Origin: Hydrolagus colliei
Taxonomy: Eukaryota
Assembly: GCA_035084275.1 (NCBI GenBank)
Contig: CM068743.1
Coordinates: forward strand, 44,392,001-44,456,000
DNA: 64,000 nt
Reading direction: 5' to 3'
Shown in pieces: positions 51,461 to 64,000 of the stretch (positions are counted from its first letter, which is position 1; every line of letters starts with the position of its first letter). The position numbers and the translations under genes are program-made. The notes below the pieces were generated by a model, which did not search any database, had not been told where the DNA came from, and saw only the letters and a list, made by a program, of their open reading frames with translations.

Positions 51461-52110
51461 CAATAAATCCGGAGTTCCAAAATCCTGTGTTCCGGAATCT
51501 GGAATGTGACAAAAATTGCAGAATAAAAACGCCAATCCTACCTGCTCCGGGCCAGATCTTCACAGTCACCGCAATAAAATATCACAACCTGGGCATTTCC
51601 AGACAAATGACGCGCTTCTGGTGTTCCGATTTATCTGGAAATACCCAAACCTGGGCTAGGCTACGGGCCCGAATTCAGGACACTCAACCTGTACTAGCGA
51701 AGTCCTAAGGTAGATATAATTGCTATTGAAGGCTGCACAACTTTAACTACAACAATAAAATATTAAAATGTTAGTAAATACAACAATAAACAATAACATA
51801 CAGACAGTCCTCGACTTACTATTATTGAAGCCACAAAGCATCTTGCCACTTAAGCTCCTCCCATATGGGAGGGGATGCAATGCACTGCTTAATTGAGGCA
51901 CACTAAAGACTGAGCATGTGTTGCTAGGGCAACCGGGAGAGATGCTACCCATGAGAAGCTGCGCATGAGAATCCCGCGAGATTTAACGTGTGTGTAAACA
52001 TTCGTTATAGCGAAAGCAGCCTTTGTTAAGCAGATAAGTGGTACAAATAGAAACCTTCATTATAGTGAACTTTCGTTAACTGGGTGTTCGGTAAGTGGGG
52101 TCTACCTGTA
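51461..52110. mobile_element. Two adjacent Tigger-like MITE remnants next to a SINE tail (51325-51460)
   Basis: TIR-type ends ggacactcaacctgta (~51693) and gtggggtctacctgta (52110); repeated ttcgttata/ttcgttaa subterminal motifs. Confidence 0.6.
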
Positions 52111-53860
52111 TTCCCCAAAAAATCATAATTTTTTATCAAATGTACCCTTTTTGTGCTACATTCCTCTCCCATAATTTTCTGTCATCTTTGATACCCAGGT
52201 TTTTATTTTCTTGCATAATAACGTAACTTTAATGGTCCTTAAGTTTGATCACACCACCTTAAATAGGACATTGATGAATTGGAGAAGGTTCAGAGATCAG
52301 CCAAAATGTTAATTCTGTTGTAAATTATGAAGAAAGACTCACAGAGTTAAATGTGTCTTCATTACAGGAAAGATCAAGAAGATGCATAATTCAGATTTCT
52401 AACTGCTAAGAGGATTGGATAATATGGATAAAAAGCAAATGATTTAACTTAAACCGTGAGCACAGACCACAGGCCATAAGTACAAAATTAATAAACTTAA
52501 AGTAAAAATTAAATGTTAGATTGATATGTTGTACCACAGGAAATAATGAATAATAATAATAAATCTTGTATTTGATATAGTGTCTTATCATGACTTCGAG
52601 ATGTATCAAAGTGCTTCACAGAATATATTGTAAAGTGAATGGATTGTGTATTTGATGGGAGAAATGTGCATATGTGGAATGATTTTCCAGCTGAGGCTGG
52701 AAGTTACTGCTTGATGATTAACACTTCCAAGAAAAGGACTCAGGTGGAAAAGTATTTTTCTATCGAAACTAGGTGTTCTCTGCAGCAGGCTGTCCATGCT
52801 GAAGCAGAGAATCAACAATTCACATCATCTGTTACAAACAAGCAACATAAAGATTTCTGGTATTTTTGGCAAGACAATTGAAGAATGGTCACTGGAGGGC
52901 AAATGGAACCGTTCATACTCAGTGTCTTCAGGAAAGGTGGATAGAGGCTTGTGGCAGAAGGAAAATAAGAGAGCACCATTAACAAAGAACTGGGCAAATT
53001 GCTTATCAGGGATGGGAGAAAGGGCTATTAAGATAATTACAGATAAAAATGATTGAATGCTGTGTGAAACATAATTGTTCCTGAGCTGCTGGAACCGCAG
53101 AATGTCATGCCAAAGAAGACAACTGGTCAAAGATGAATAATGCAGGATGTGAGAAGGAATGGATACTCTGCAGGTTTTGCTTGATATACCTTTGGGGGAC
53201 AGGCAGAACATTTGCACAACTGCCATCTGAACCCTGAGATTCAATTACTACCTTCCAATTACTCAAGGGTATCTATTTTTATAATACGCTGTTAATATCG
53301 TGGAGTGGCTCTATTCAGAATTGGTTTGTTTTTGTGCCAACAGCAGCTGTCTGTGTGGAAACCAACTGCCAGTGTGCTCCATGTTAGTGATGCACGGCGA
53401 CCTTCACGCACAAGGATTAACAACCTATAATGTTGTTATCACAAGTTTATCAGGAACTCGTTCACAATTAATCATTGTAGAACACTATGATTAGTGAACT
53501 TTACACGAGTTACTATGTTAAACATGGTATCTGGGTGATCCAGAGGCTACTAACAAACAGACATTTTCAGCATGATACAGGAAGGTCAATCAACCAATCG
53601 TGTCAAAGTTACTACATATTAACTGGTATTGTACAGTTTCTAATCAAAACACATTTTCCTGCTCTCTCCTGATATTGCTTACTGTTTTTACTCTTCTGGT
53701 CTCTATCTAGTTATGTTTTGATTTTTTTACCCAGCACATTTGACGATTAGTCATATTGAGGCAAGAGTGGGATAGGAGGAAGTGGGAAGGGGGAATGTAT
53801 CGTCCTTGAAACAATAGATGAATCAGGGTGGTCCAATTTCATCTGCCCTCCCTTCATTTG

Positions 53861-54191
53861 ATAATAATAATAATAATCCTTGCATTGGATATAGCACTTT
53901 TCACATCTTCCAGATGTCTCAAAGCACTTCTCAAAATATACTGTACAGTGAATTGACTGTATATATGTAGACGAAACCTGGCAGCGAATTGTGCATATAG
54001 CAGTGATGGATTGAAATGGCCACAAACAGTCATGGATTGAAATGGCCAATTTATTATTGTTTTTTGAGGGAAAGATTATTATTAGGCGTGTAGAGTAAGG
54101 AAACTTGCCCTAGGTTTCGCTCTGCCTGGAAATGAACCCAGATCTCTCACTTGTAATGCGAGTGGTCTAACCACTGAGCTACATGACTTCA
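53861..54191 (-). mobile_element. Main SINE, full length, with a small internal duplication
   Basis: Complete match; atggattgaaatggcca occurs twice. Confidence 0.9.
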
Positions 54192-56264
54192 CAATTCTTC
54201 ATCTTACCCACCCACCCACTCGCTCCATAATCCCTAAATGTTATGTTTCTGAAGAGAAACACACAAATATTGGTTATGGGGCTCAGAGACAGATCTCAAT
54301 TAGGGTATCTGGACCTCAGCAGCCAAAAGGTTGGGTGACCTCAGAACAAATTATAGGAATAAAATGAAATGGTCAAAATTGATTCTCCTTGAATAATTAA
54401 TTCTACGGAAGCAAATACTCAGCATAATGTATCCTCATTAGGTTTTATTTGCTATATTTCTTAAAGGGTTATTTAATTAAGAAATCCAATAGTCCCTGAT
54501 GCCAACCTACAGGAATGCCATTCTATGTCAATTTAGTTTTGAAATAGGGTTGCCTCCAGTTTGAGTGATGTACTAATTTATCTCTTGTTTCTGTTGGGAG
54601 ACTTTGTTATGTTAAGAAATATGTAGAATATTAAGAATTTGTTGAATATTTTATCCATTGCAAAATATTGCTTATAATGCGAATAATGTGAAACATTGCA
54701 AAATTGACCATTAATTCTCAGGTTTCACAATATTCAAAGTATTCCTGTTAAGACAGAGAAAGAAACATTCTTATAAAACTGTACTTTGTTTGCAGAGATG
54801 TGTGCATTCATTTAGTGCATTCTGGCTAATAACTTTTAAGATGCCAAGACTTCTCTGGTGATAATGTGACTGGGAGAATTACATTTTGTTTAGTGAGCTA
54901 GTCTGTGTGGTATATGATTCAAAGGAACCACAGAATGGAACTATTGAGCCACTCGTTGTTTCTCATGGTTGGACAACTCCTGATCAGCTCTCAGGTCTAA
55001 AGCACTTTGTTTCTCACTCTCCCGAATGAACCCAAATGAAACCAATCTAGGACAATTCTTCCTCCACACAATAAAAGCTTCTACTGCTGAGAGTGAGTAG
55101 CTAAGGAGACAGGGCCAGGACTGCATTAAATGCTGAGAATCTACAAGCAAACATTATTTATAGCGATGCTTTCCTCAACTATAGCTAGAGGGAATAACCG
55201 GTACAGAAAGCACTGTGTGAACTTTCTTTTCATGAATTGGGTTTGAAAAAAATATTTATGGATCTGCTAAAATTTTGCTGCTAAAAATATTATCCTGATA
55301 TTGCACTATTAGAAATAAATAATGCATGTCACAATGATCTCCCACATAATGCATCATTTTTGATCCAACTAAGATAGAATACAAGGACCTTGTATGTTCC
55401 CAAGTGTTATTTTATCATATAATAAGCTACAAAGGGTCAAGTAATTGCGAAGTGGTCTATTATTTTTAATGAGGCGTGTCAGGACTAACTGTTACAATGA
55501 TCTGTCCATCTGTGTTCATAGTTGTGTTTGTAATTGAGACAGATACTAGTGGCAATGTCTCTTATCACCTCCAGTAGTGAATCTGACAGTGGCGGCTGGT
55601 CCCAAAACGATATTTGCTGTTCAATTCAAGATAGAGCGCACATTATTTTTTTAATAGGACTAGGTTGAAGGTATTGTACAGAAGAGACATAGAAATGTAC
55701 AGATCTGGAAAAGCCCATTGCAGTCCTTCTGTTGTCTAAATTGCAAAACAATTACAATCAAAAATAATAAAACCGCACTTGTTTATGTGACGTTCTTGGA
55801 GACACTTCAGTGTAATAGGCACTGTATCAAAGCCAAGGATGATTATTATTTTCCTTCACCAAAAACAGTGCAGTTGCATTATAATGGAATGTTTGCTTCA
55901 TAGAATCCCAACTAGTGTTACAGTGAAGTACGGAGGTGGCAGTGAAAACATATGCATGTAACTGGATGACGGTTTCTTGCTCAAAGCAAATAAAAGTTGA
56001 CTTTCGGGTCATCGGGTCCCCACAAAGTCACTTGCTGATTGTTGTCTGTGGGTTGCTGTTTGCTGGCCCTGCGCGAAACAGAAGGTGGCATTCGTGCGCC
56101 CCACACCCATGGCCTTCAAGTTGTTCATTTTAGCAAGGTGAAAGGTGGGTTGTCGCGTGGAAGGTTGACAGTCCACAGTGCAATTCCATAATTCACATTA
56201 TCGCATTATGGTGGAGTTGCATTCTAGCCATCTAATTCCTTCCTGAATCTTGTAATCTCCGACA

Positions 56265-56912
56265 GATTGTCCATCTCCGGCAATACCTCACCCCAAAAGC
56301 TGCTGAATCCTTGGTCCATGCCTTCGTCACCTCACGCCTGGACTATTCAAATGCCCTCCTCGCCAGTCTCCCCTCCACTATATTCCATAAAATCCAACTC
56401 ATCCAAAACTCTGTCGACCGCATACTCACCCGCACCAAACTTCACTCCCCCATTACCCAAGTCCTTGCCAGACTTCACTGGCTCCCTATCCCCGAGAGGA
56501 TCGACTTCAAGATCCTCACCCTTGTTTTCAAATCCCTCCACTCCTCTGCACCCCCCTACCTCTCTGACCCCCTCACCTCTCTGACCCCCTCTCTCCTCAA
56601 ACCAGCACCTGTTGCCTTCGCTTCACCAGGTCCGGCCTCCTCCATGTCCCCCCAAATCCTCCGCTCCACCCTCGGCGGCCGGGCCTTCAGCCACTACGCC
56701 CCGAGGCTCAGGAACTCCCTTCCTCACTACCTTCCTCTTACTCCTCTTTTCTCGGTTTCAGGTCCCAGCTGAAGACCTTTCTCTTCGACTGCGCCTTTGG
56801 TCACCTTTCTGCCCCTGCCCCTGGCTCGGTCCCGGGATCTGCTATTGTGAAGCGCTCTGAGACGCCATCCAGTGTTGAGGGCGCTATATAAATCAAAGTT
56901 GTTGTTGTTGTC
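56265..56912 (+). mobile_element. L2 LINE 3' fragment
   Basis: ORF 56311..56772 has [28 protein letters not shown] and GGRAFSHYAP; tail with (gtt)n. Confidence 0.92.
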
Positions 56913-58839
56913 ATTCTGTAAATGTTGAGAGTACTGTATGTACACAAGCTTTTTTGTGGTCTGTCGAGACTGAGGTACTGGAATAATCTCTTAAGGAATT
57001 CTGCAATCAATGTGATTTTGCAGACATATGGCATTAGAACTAACCAGTTTGAGACATTTTCCCTCCATTACTTAAATAAAAATTGTGTAATATTGTTTGC
57101 AATATTGCTTGCTAAATAAGCCTAACCAACTGAAGCAGAAATGATAGAAATATATGTGCAATGTGGAAGCATAAACACTAAAAATATCAACAAGTAAAAC
57201 AGAAACATGAAAGCACAAGACATGTAAAGAACAGAATGTTTTGTTAAAGTTTGGGATGAGTTTTTCATTTAATTGAATGGCATTAAATCGATTATTAAAC
57301 TTCAATCAAATTTTCTTACCAAATCAATTAAAAACTTTAAAAATCACAAATGTTTGCTCTGAGTATGTCCCACTGGAGTCACTGTTTTCTGTTCACATTT
57401 TCCAATTCACTCTGAATTGAATTACCTCTTCCTCCTTGTCATTTACTTTGAACAAATAATAACTGATAGCTCAATATCCTCCATGACTTCTTAGAATGTC
57501 AAGTGTTCCCATGCCCATCATGCACGGAATCCATCTCTTTTGCAGAGCAAATAATTGCTACTGAATTTGCAGCTCAACTTCTGTATCATGCAGGAACACT
57601 GTGATTACTGAGCCTGCGCAAACATAAAACAATTTATCTGGAATGGGTTGCAAGACTCTACAGATTATCCCCAGTAGATGTTTCATCTGCAAGAAATGCA
57701 GTTATATGAATCATGGGAGCAGTTGAAAATGACCTTTCAGCATGAAAATCTGTTATTGAGACAAATGTGTCATATTGTCTTTTCCCTTATAGCTGTAATC
57801 GGAAGCATGATATTAGTATAAGTGAATAATGTTTTAACACTATTTATACTTTTGTAGAGGGGGAATTGGTTCAAGCTGGACTTAGTTAGATGATTTCTGG
57901 CAAACACACTTTGATGCTGCTATAATTAGCATTCAGGGGCAGATATACATATTCATAAATAAGGCTTGTAACTTAATTCTTCTTTTATTACTTTCTTATC
58001 CTGTTGATTTGTTGCAGTTATTTTTCATTGGTATGTGTTGTGTTAGTTCATCATACTTTATCAAAATAATAATTAGTATGAGAAAATGACAAACAACTAT
58101 TAGGTTCATTGTTAATAGATTCAAAAGTTTTTCCGGGGAGAGGGATTTTATATATATATCTATATACAGTGTATAAAATCTCTCTCCCCAGAAGCCATTT
58201 TCTGAACTTTACAGCGATGATGATTGGAAACCAACCATGCATGTTCCCTTACCTATATAGCACAATACAATACAAAATTACAATTGTAAAGCTCCTTTCA
58301 TGTCAGGAGAATGTCCTAAGGCACTGGGACAATGCATCTTTCATGCATAAAGTGTTTTAATTTTACATTATAGAGCAAAACAATGTCTTACACCCAACCC
58401 GTTAATTTAAGGAAAGAACCGTTAATATTAACACAATGCAATGTAGGAAAGATGTGCAGCAAACTGAAGAGAGTATCATTTCTAACTGAGAAATTTTTAG
58501 AAGCTTTTAAGAGTTGTTTGCATAGCTAGAGCTAGAAAGGTTTAACTTAATTTAAATCTTATACAGAGGAATAAATATAGTCCATCAGGTTAGCGCAGTG
58601 GCACATTTTACAGATTGGTAGGAACAAGAAATGTTTTATTTCATTATTGTTGACATTAATGCAAAATGATTATGTTTGTTCACCATTGTATATTTTGGAT
58701 CAGAGTCCTAATATGTAGTTACAATTATTTGTAATAGTGTTGGTCATGCTTTACTCACAGATGATAATTGTTTATCATTATTTCAGGGTGAAGCAACTGC
58801 TATTTATTTTGGCGTATGCTCTCTGACAAGGCAATTAAT

Positions 58840-59150
58840 AATATTAATTCTTACATTTGATATAATGCCTTTCAACTTGGGTGGAAATCTTAAAATGCTT
58901 CACACAATATAATGTAAAGTGAAGTGAATGTGTTTTTATCAGCAGATGTGGTAGCGAATTTGTGCACAGTAACATCCCACAAACAACCTAGATGGGAAAT
59001 GGACGATTGTTCACCAGGACACTGGAAGAAACTCCTTTGATGTTTGAATAGAACTGTGGGATCCAATAATCCAGTACACTATTAGCATTGTTTTGTAGTG
59101 TCAGCACAGAATACATTAATTCAAGTGCCGATGTCGAGCTTGAACCTACA
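58840..59150 (-). mobile_element. Old tRNA-Deu SINE relic
   Basis: Reverse-complement Deu motifs (cccacaaac, ccaggacactggaagaaactcc) and cttgaacc B-box. Confidence 0.6.
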
Positions 59151-59539
59151 GCCAATTATTAAAAGGGGACCTCTTGACTTCTATTCATTTTCTATCAAGC
59201 CAATACAAACCTAATATTGAATGAGCACAACATCAATGAATGAGCAAACTATCACAACCAATACCATTTCACCACAGCCAAAAACCATAATCACAATCAC
59301 AACCAACAATGCCAAATGAGTTATTAATGTTTGCGATGTTGACTGCAGTTTGTTCAGCAGCTGCAGCTTATGTGTTGCCTATTTCTGCAGGTTGGCAGCC
59401 TGTCTAATCATCACAGCTATCCATCACTTTGACCAACACTACTCTTTCTAAATTGTAGTAACACTTTCGCCAACATCACATCATGCTTGAATTCTCTTTG
59501 AATGGGTATCTAAACTCTTATTTTATTTATTTTATTTAC

Positions 59540-59892
59540 TGGAGCTACTGTGGCTTAGTGGTTAGAGCACTTGTCTTGCAAGCTGGGGAAACCAAGCTGG
59601 GGAGACCTGTGTTCGAATCCAGGCAGGTCAGGGCGAAACCTTGGGCAAGTTTCCTTACTCCACACGCCTAATAATAATCCCTCCCCCCAAAAAACCCACA
59701 ATAATAAAATTGGTCATTTCAATCCACGACCGTGTGTGGGACACTGCTGTGCGCAATTGGCTGCTGCGATTCGCCCACAAATATATACAGTCAATTCACT
59801 TTACAGTATATTCTGTGAAGCGCTTTGGGACGTTGATAAGATGTGGAAAGCGCAATATCAAATGCAAGGATTATTATTATTATTATTATTAC
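59540..59892 (+). mobile_element. Main SINE, young full-length copy
   Basis: Retains CpGs, long (att)n tail, short insertion in the head. Confidence 0.92.
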
Positions 59893-60179
59893 TGCTAATC
59901 ACTTAGTGACATTTGTCCCCCTGCTAAGAATCAGGAGCAAGGTTGTCATGGTAACCCAGGTAGCTATAATCAGCAAGACAGAGTGACCTGACCAAAGGAA
60001 TAAGTCAACACTGAGAAAATATAGGGCAATTAAATTGAGACAAAACTGAGCCTTTATTGCAAAGACTGACTTCACCACAGAGATTTTGTTCAGTAAAGGA
60101 ACTTGGTGCACTCTTGCTAACTGAATACGTTTATCTGGAAATGCTGGTTAGTTTATACTTGCAGTAGATCTAATAAGGA

Positions 60180-60405
60180 GTTTAGGAGGAATCTCTTCAC
60201 TCACCAGTTGGTAAGAATGTGGAAGTCCCTGTCAGAAGTTGTGGTTGAAGCTAAAACTATCAATGTATTTGAAAGCAAACTTGATGAATACATGAGGCAA
60301 AAGGGAATGTAGGAGTGGGATCTCATGTGGAGTATAAACACTGGCAGGACTACTTGGGCAGAATGGCCTGGTTACATACTGTACCATTCTACGTAATTCT
60401 ATATT
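60180..60405 (+). mobile_element. Degraded CR1 3' end
   Basis: gtggttgaagc...gtggagtataaacactggc...gggcagaatggcctg...ttctacgtaattctat. Confidence 0.65.
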
Positions 60406-60780
60406 GCTTATATGAATTGAGAGTTTACATCAATCGTCATACTACCATTTTGTATGAAGCTTTGCGTAAGCATTTTGCAGGGGATGGATAAAACCACTTT
60501 CCAATGTTAATAATACAGTCCTGGGACATCACAAATCTGATCCTGATCTATGCTGTTAGTTCATCTCAGATGGGGGCAATATTGATGGAGCCGATTGAGT
60601 TCAGTATCAATGAAAGAGATGGGAAATTTAGACATGGGGTATACAGGGCACTCTCCTTTACTATCCATTGCCTGTCTGCCTTAGTTTAAGATGTGCAAAT
60701 GCCATCAAAAATTGGGCTCAATTGTGATACCACATTAGTTTGTTCCTGCCTCTACTTAATGTGTCGGTTTATGTGTCAAC

Positions 60781-61092
60781 AATAATATAATAATAATAAC
60801 CCTTGCGATTTGATATAGTGCTTTTCACATCTTCTAGACATCTCAAAGCACTTCACAGAATATACTGTAAAGTGAATTGACTGTATATTTGTGGGCGAAA
60901 TAAGGCAGCCAATTGCGGACAGCAGTGTCTCACAAACAGTCGTGGATTGAAATGACCAATTTTGTTATTATGATTTTTGGGAGGGGATTATTATTAGGCG
61001 TGTGGAGAAAGGAAACTTGCCCAAGGTTGCGCACCGACCTGCCTGGATTCATATAAAGGTTGTTAAGCGAGTGCTCTAATCACTGAGCTACA
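60781..61092 (-). mobile_element. Main SINE, full length
   Basis: Complete reverse-complement match to the family. Confidence 0.9.
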
Positions 61093-62039
61093 AGAAGAAA
61101 AGTAACACAGGAGCAAACAGAGGAGTCAAATTAATCTGCAAAAGATAAATTGATCAGAAATTCCATGGTAACCACTTATCAGCATGGCTCCGGTTTTATT
61201 GACATTCAGTTAAAGGAAGATAAAGCTTAGCAAGGTCTTGATGTCTTATAGCTAGTTCATCAGATCTGTAGTACAGTAGTTGAGGATAAAGGCAGGGAGG
61301 GAAAGTTGGTTTTCATCTCTGCACTTTTGAAAATAGATATCATGTCTGCAGATAATTGATGCCACATAATCAGAGTATAAAGACAAGAGAAAAAAGGCAA
61401 CCTAGGATAGAGTCCCGAGGAATGCTACAATGTTAGTGTGTAATCAAAGAATCAGAAGCTACAGAAAGTACCTGTAGAAAACAGTGCAAATGCCACACCA
61501 AGGCAAAGAAATGTAAATAGGAGAAATAATTCAGAATGAGATCATCAATGTTGTAAACAATTTTGACAGCACACAATTTGTACAAAAAAAAGCATAAGTA
61601 GAAAACAACCGATCAGTAATAGTCGCACATTAAAGGTTGTTTGTCATTCAAGATAGATTTTTCAATTAAAACAAGCGAATCGCAACTCACATAGGCTTGA
61701 TGCAGCTTTATTAGAACAATCAAATAGCGAATAATATCCTGATGCAACTTACTTATAAAATTGTTCATATAATACACATAAGGTGAAAATATCAGTTAAC
61801 TGTCCATGATTGCCATGTGACCATAAACTGGGTGCATGTGGGTGAGTGTGGGAGCAGCCTGAAAGCCAGGACGTTCTGCCCAAGATTGGATCATAATACC
61901 CATTCAGCTCTCACTCTACCCTTTCACCTCTCTCTGTTCAGTCACAGATAATTAACCACCCTGCCTACCTCAGGATGTACAGCCCAAACAAGGCTGTTGT
62001 GCCCTAACCTATTCACTGAGCGTAAGACTAGTGGCTTAC

Positions 62040-62250
62040 CTCTGTAACTGATGCTTCCTTGCCTGTAAAACAGAACATCTGAAACCGTGTTACCTGTTCC
62101 AGTTGTTCTGGACAACAGCAGCAGGCTGGAGATGTCAGCTTCCACCTTGAGATAGTCCCCAACTGTTGTGTTGAGCCACTCTTTCCCTCCTATCTTTATA
62201 CTTCTCCACCAGCCTCACTTATTCTAAAACATATTCCCTGATTGGTCATT
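62040..62250 (-). promoter_or_regulatory. Candidate Pol II promoter (CCAAT + TATA) and first exon
   Basis: On minus: gaCCAATcag (62245-62241), TATAAAGA (62200-62193), CA initiator-like site ~62170-62166, donors CAG|gtaaca (exon end 62094) and GAG|gtaagc (exon end 62040). Confidence 0.4.
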
Positions 62251-62610
62251 CTGATGTCTCCTGGTTCTTGATGATCCTTGCCCTCTGTTCTTTTAAAAAA
62301 TTATTTTAGCACATGGTTTTTGCTTAATCAGTGTATGCTGGAGAATGGTTCTCAGACATGCCATGCCTGTTCTCTCATTTGTAACAATGCTCCCACTCTA
62401 AACTAATCTCCTTGTACAGTACCAGACTTCCCAGTTCTCTATGGCAAGTTAGACCTTAAAACTGTTCTTAGTTGCTACTCGGATGGCCAAAGCTGCTGAC
62501 ACAAACTGTTTCTGTGTCCTAGAAGCTTGACCAAGTTTCCCTAGCACCCTACTACCAATTATGCACACAATACAATTATTATTATCTACAATTGTTAAAG
62601 GTAAAAATCT

Positions 62611-62641
<31 letters not shown>

Positions 62642-64000
62642 CTTTGATTTATATAGTGCCCTCCACGCCGGACGGCGTCTCAGAGCACTCCACAGTAGCG
62701 GATCCCGGGACCAAGCCAGGGGCAGGGGTAGAAATGTGACCAAAAGCTCGGTGGAAGAGAAAGGTCTTCAACTGTGACCTGAAACTGGGAAGAGAGGGGA
62801 CGAGGCGAAGGGAGCGAGTAAGGGAGTTCCAGAGCCTCAGGGCATAGTGGCTAAAGGCATGGCCGCCGAGGGTGGAGCGGAGGATTCGGGGGACATGGAG
62901 GAGGCCAGACCCAGAGGAGTGAAGGCAGCGGGTGCTGGGTTGGGGGGAGAGGAGATCAGAGAGATAGTGGGGTGCAGAGGAGTGGAGAGATTTGAAAACA
63001 AGGGTGAGGATCTTGAAGTCGATCCTCTCTGAGATAGGAGCCAGTGAAGTCTGGCAAGGACTGGGGTAATGGGGGAGCGAAGCTTAGAGCGGGTGAGTAT
63101 GCGGGCGGCAGAGTTTTGGATAAGCTGCATTTTGTGGATTGTGGTGGAGGGGAGACAGGCGAGGAGGGCGTTGCAATAGTCCAGCCGAGAGGTGATAAAG
63201 GACCAAGGTTTCGGCGGCTTTTAAGTTGAGGTATTGCCGGAGACGGGCGATCCGTTGGAGGTGATAGAAGGCATTGCTGGTGACGGACCGGATGTGGGGG
63301 AGGAAGGACAGTTGGGGGTCGAACCTTATGCCAAGGTTGCGGACAGGTTCGGAGAGTTCTAGGGGCAGGGAAGGTGGAGGAGGTGAGAGCCGTGCGAATG
63401 GAGACGTTGACGAGAGCCAAGGAGTATGGCCTCTGTCTTGTCAACATTCAGCTGCAAGAAATTTGTGCTCATCCAGCCCCTGATGTCTGAAAGGCAGGCT
63501 GACAGAACATCGGGGGCAAAGTGAAGTGGAGCGATATAGTTGGGTGTCATCTACGTACACGTGGAAGTGTGCCCCATGTCTGCGGATCACATCCCCAAGA
63601 GGAAGCGTATAGATGAGGAAAAGGAGGGGGCCAAGGATGGATCCCTGGGGTAAGCCACAGATAACTGGGTGAATGCGGGAGGAAAAACCGTTTGTGGAAA
63701 TGTACTGCTGGCGGTTTGTGAGGTAGGACTCGAACCAGGTGAGTGTGGTTCAACTGAGGTGGATGACGGAGGACAGGCGGTTGAGGAGGATGGCGTGGTC
63801 GACTGTGTCAAAGGCAGCTGACAGGTCCAGGAGGATAAGGAGGCAGAGTGAACCCTGGTCACAGATAGAGAGGACGTCGTTTGTGACTTCCACGAGTGCA
63901 GTCTCTGTACTGTGGGCAGGGCAGAAACCGGACTGGAGGGATTCGAAGAGGGAGTGGGAGGAGAGGTGGCTGCGGAGTTGGTTTGCAACAACGCGCTCCA
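62611..64000 (-). mobile_element. L2 LINE, relatively young, ORF2 RT frameshifted, runs off window end
   Basis: Minus strand encodes [48 protein letters not shown] and IQNSAAR; tail with (caa)n at 62611-62641. Confidence 0.95.

Noticed and set aside
36413-54248. Scattered minus-strand exon candidates (about 36414-36451 and 54208-54248)
   Set aside because: Splice-like signals exist, but the peptides are unrecognisable and do not chain together. Such sites are expected by chance in 64 kb.
59483-59906. Recurrent ORFs ending in CKDYYY or QMQGLLLL
   Set aside because: These are translations of the SINE body and (att)n tail, not a gene family.

Overview
This is eukaryotic, AT-rich, repeat-dense intronic or intergenic DNA. 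The repeat complement points to a cartilaginous fish, possibly a holocephalan; that is an inference from recalled repeat families. There is no intact recognisable host protein gene, rRNA, true tRNA or CRISPR array. Most long ORFs in the track are frameshifted CR1 and L2 LINE ORF2 pieces or their antisense shadows. The window holds two ~2 kb CR1 copies, many L2 fragments, about 20 copies of a tRNA-CORE-Deu-L2-tail SINE, older Deu and LF-SINE-like relics, and Tigger-like MITEs. The most notable items are: (1) a ~590 bp non-coding Penelope-like element with two hammerhead-ribozyme repeats, an inverted 5' arm and a 10-bp TSD (retrozyme-like, 13092-13677); (2) a ~290 bp local duplicate carrying a 19-nt candidate microexon fused to an L2 tail (32415-32812); (3) three diverged copies of an unclassified, possibly coding-derived repeat near 12.0, 26.8 and 37.1 kb; (4) a CpG-rich Myb/SANT-like exon joined to doubled Deu blocks and an L2 tail (42.86-44.08 kb); (5) a cluster of candidate small exons near 34.5-35.2 kb on +; (6) a CCAAT+TATA promoter with a candidate first exon near 62.2 kb on -. 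Repeat boundaries are estimated by eye.
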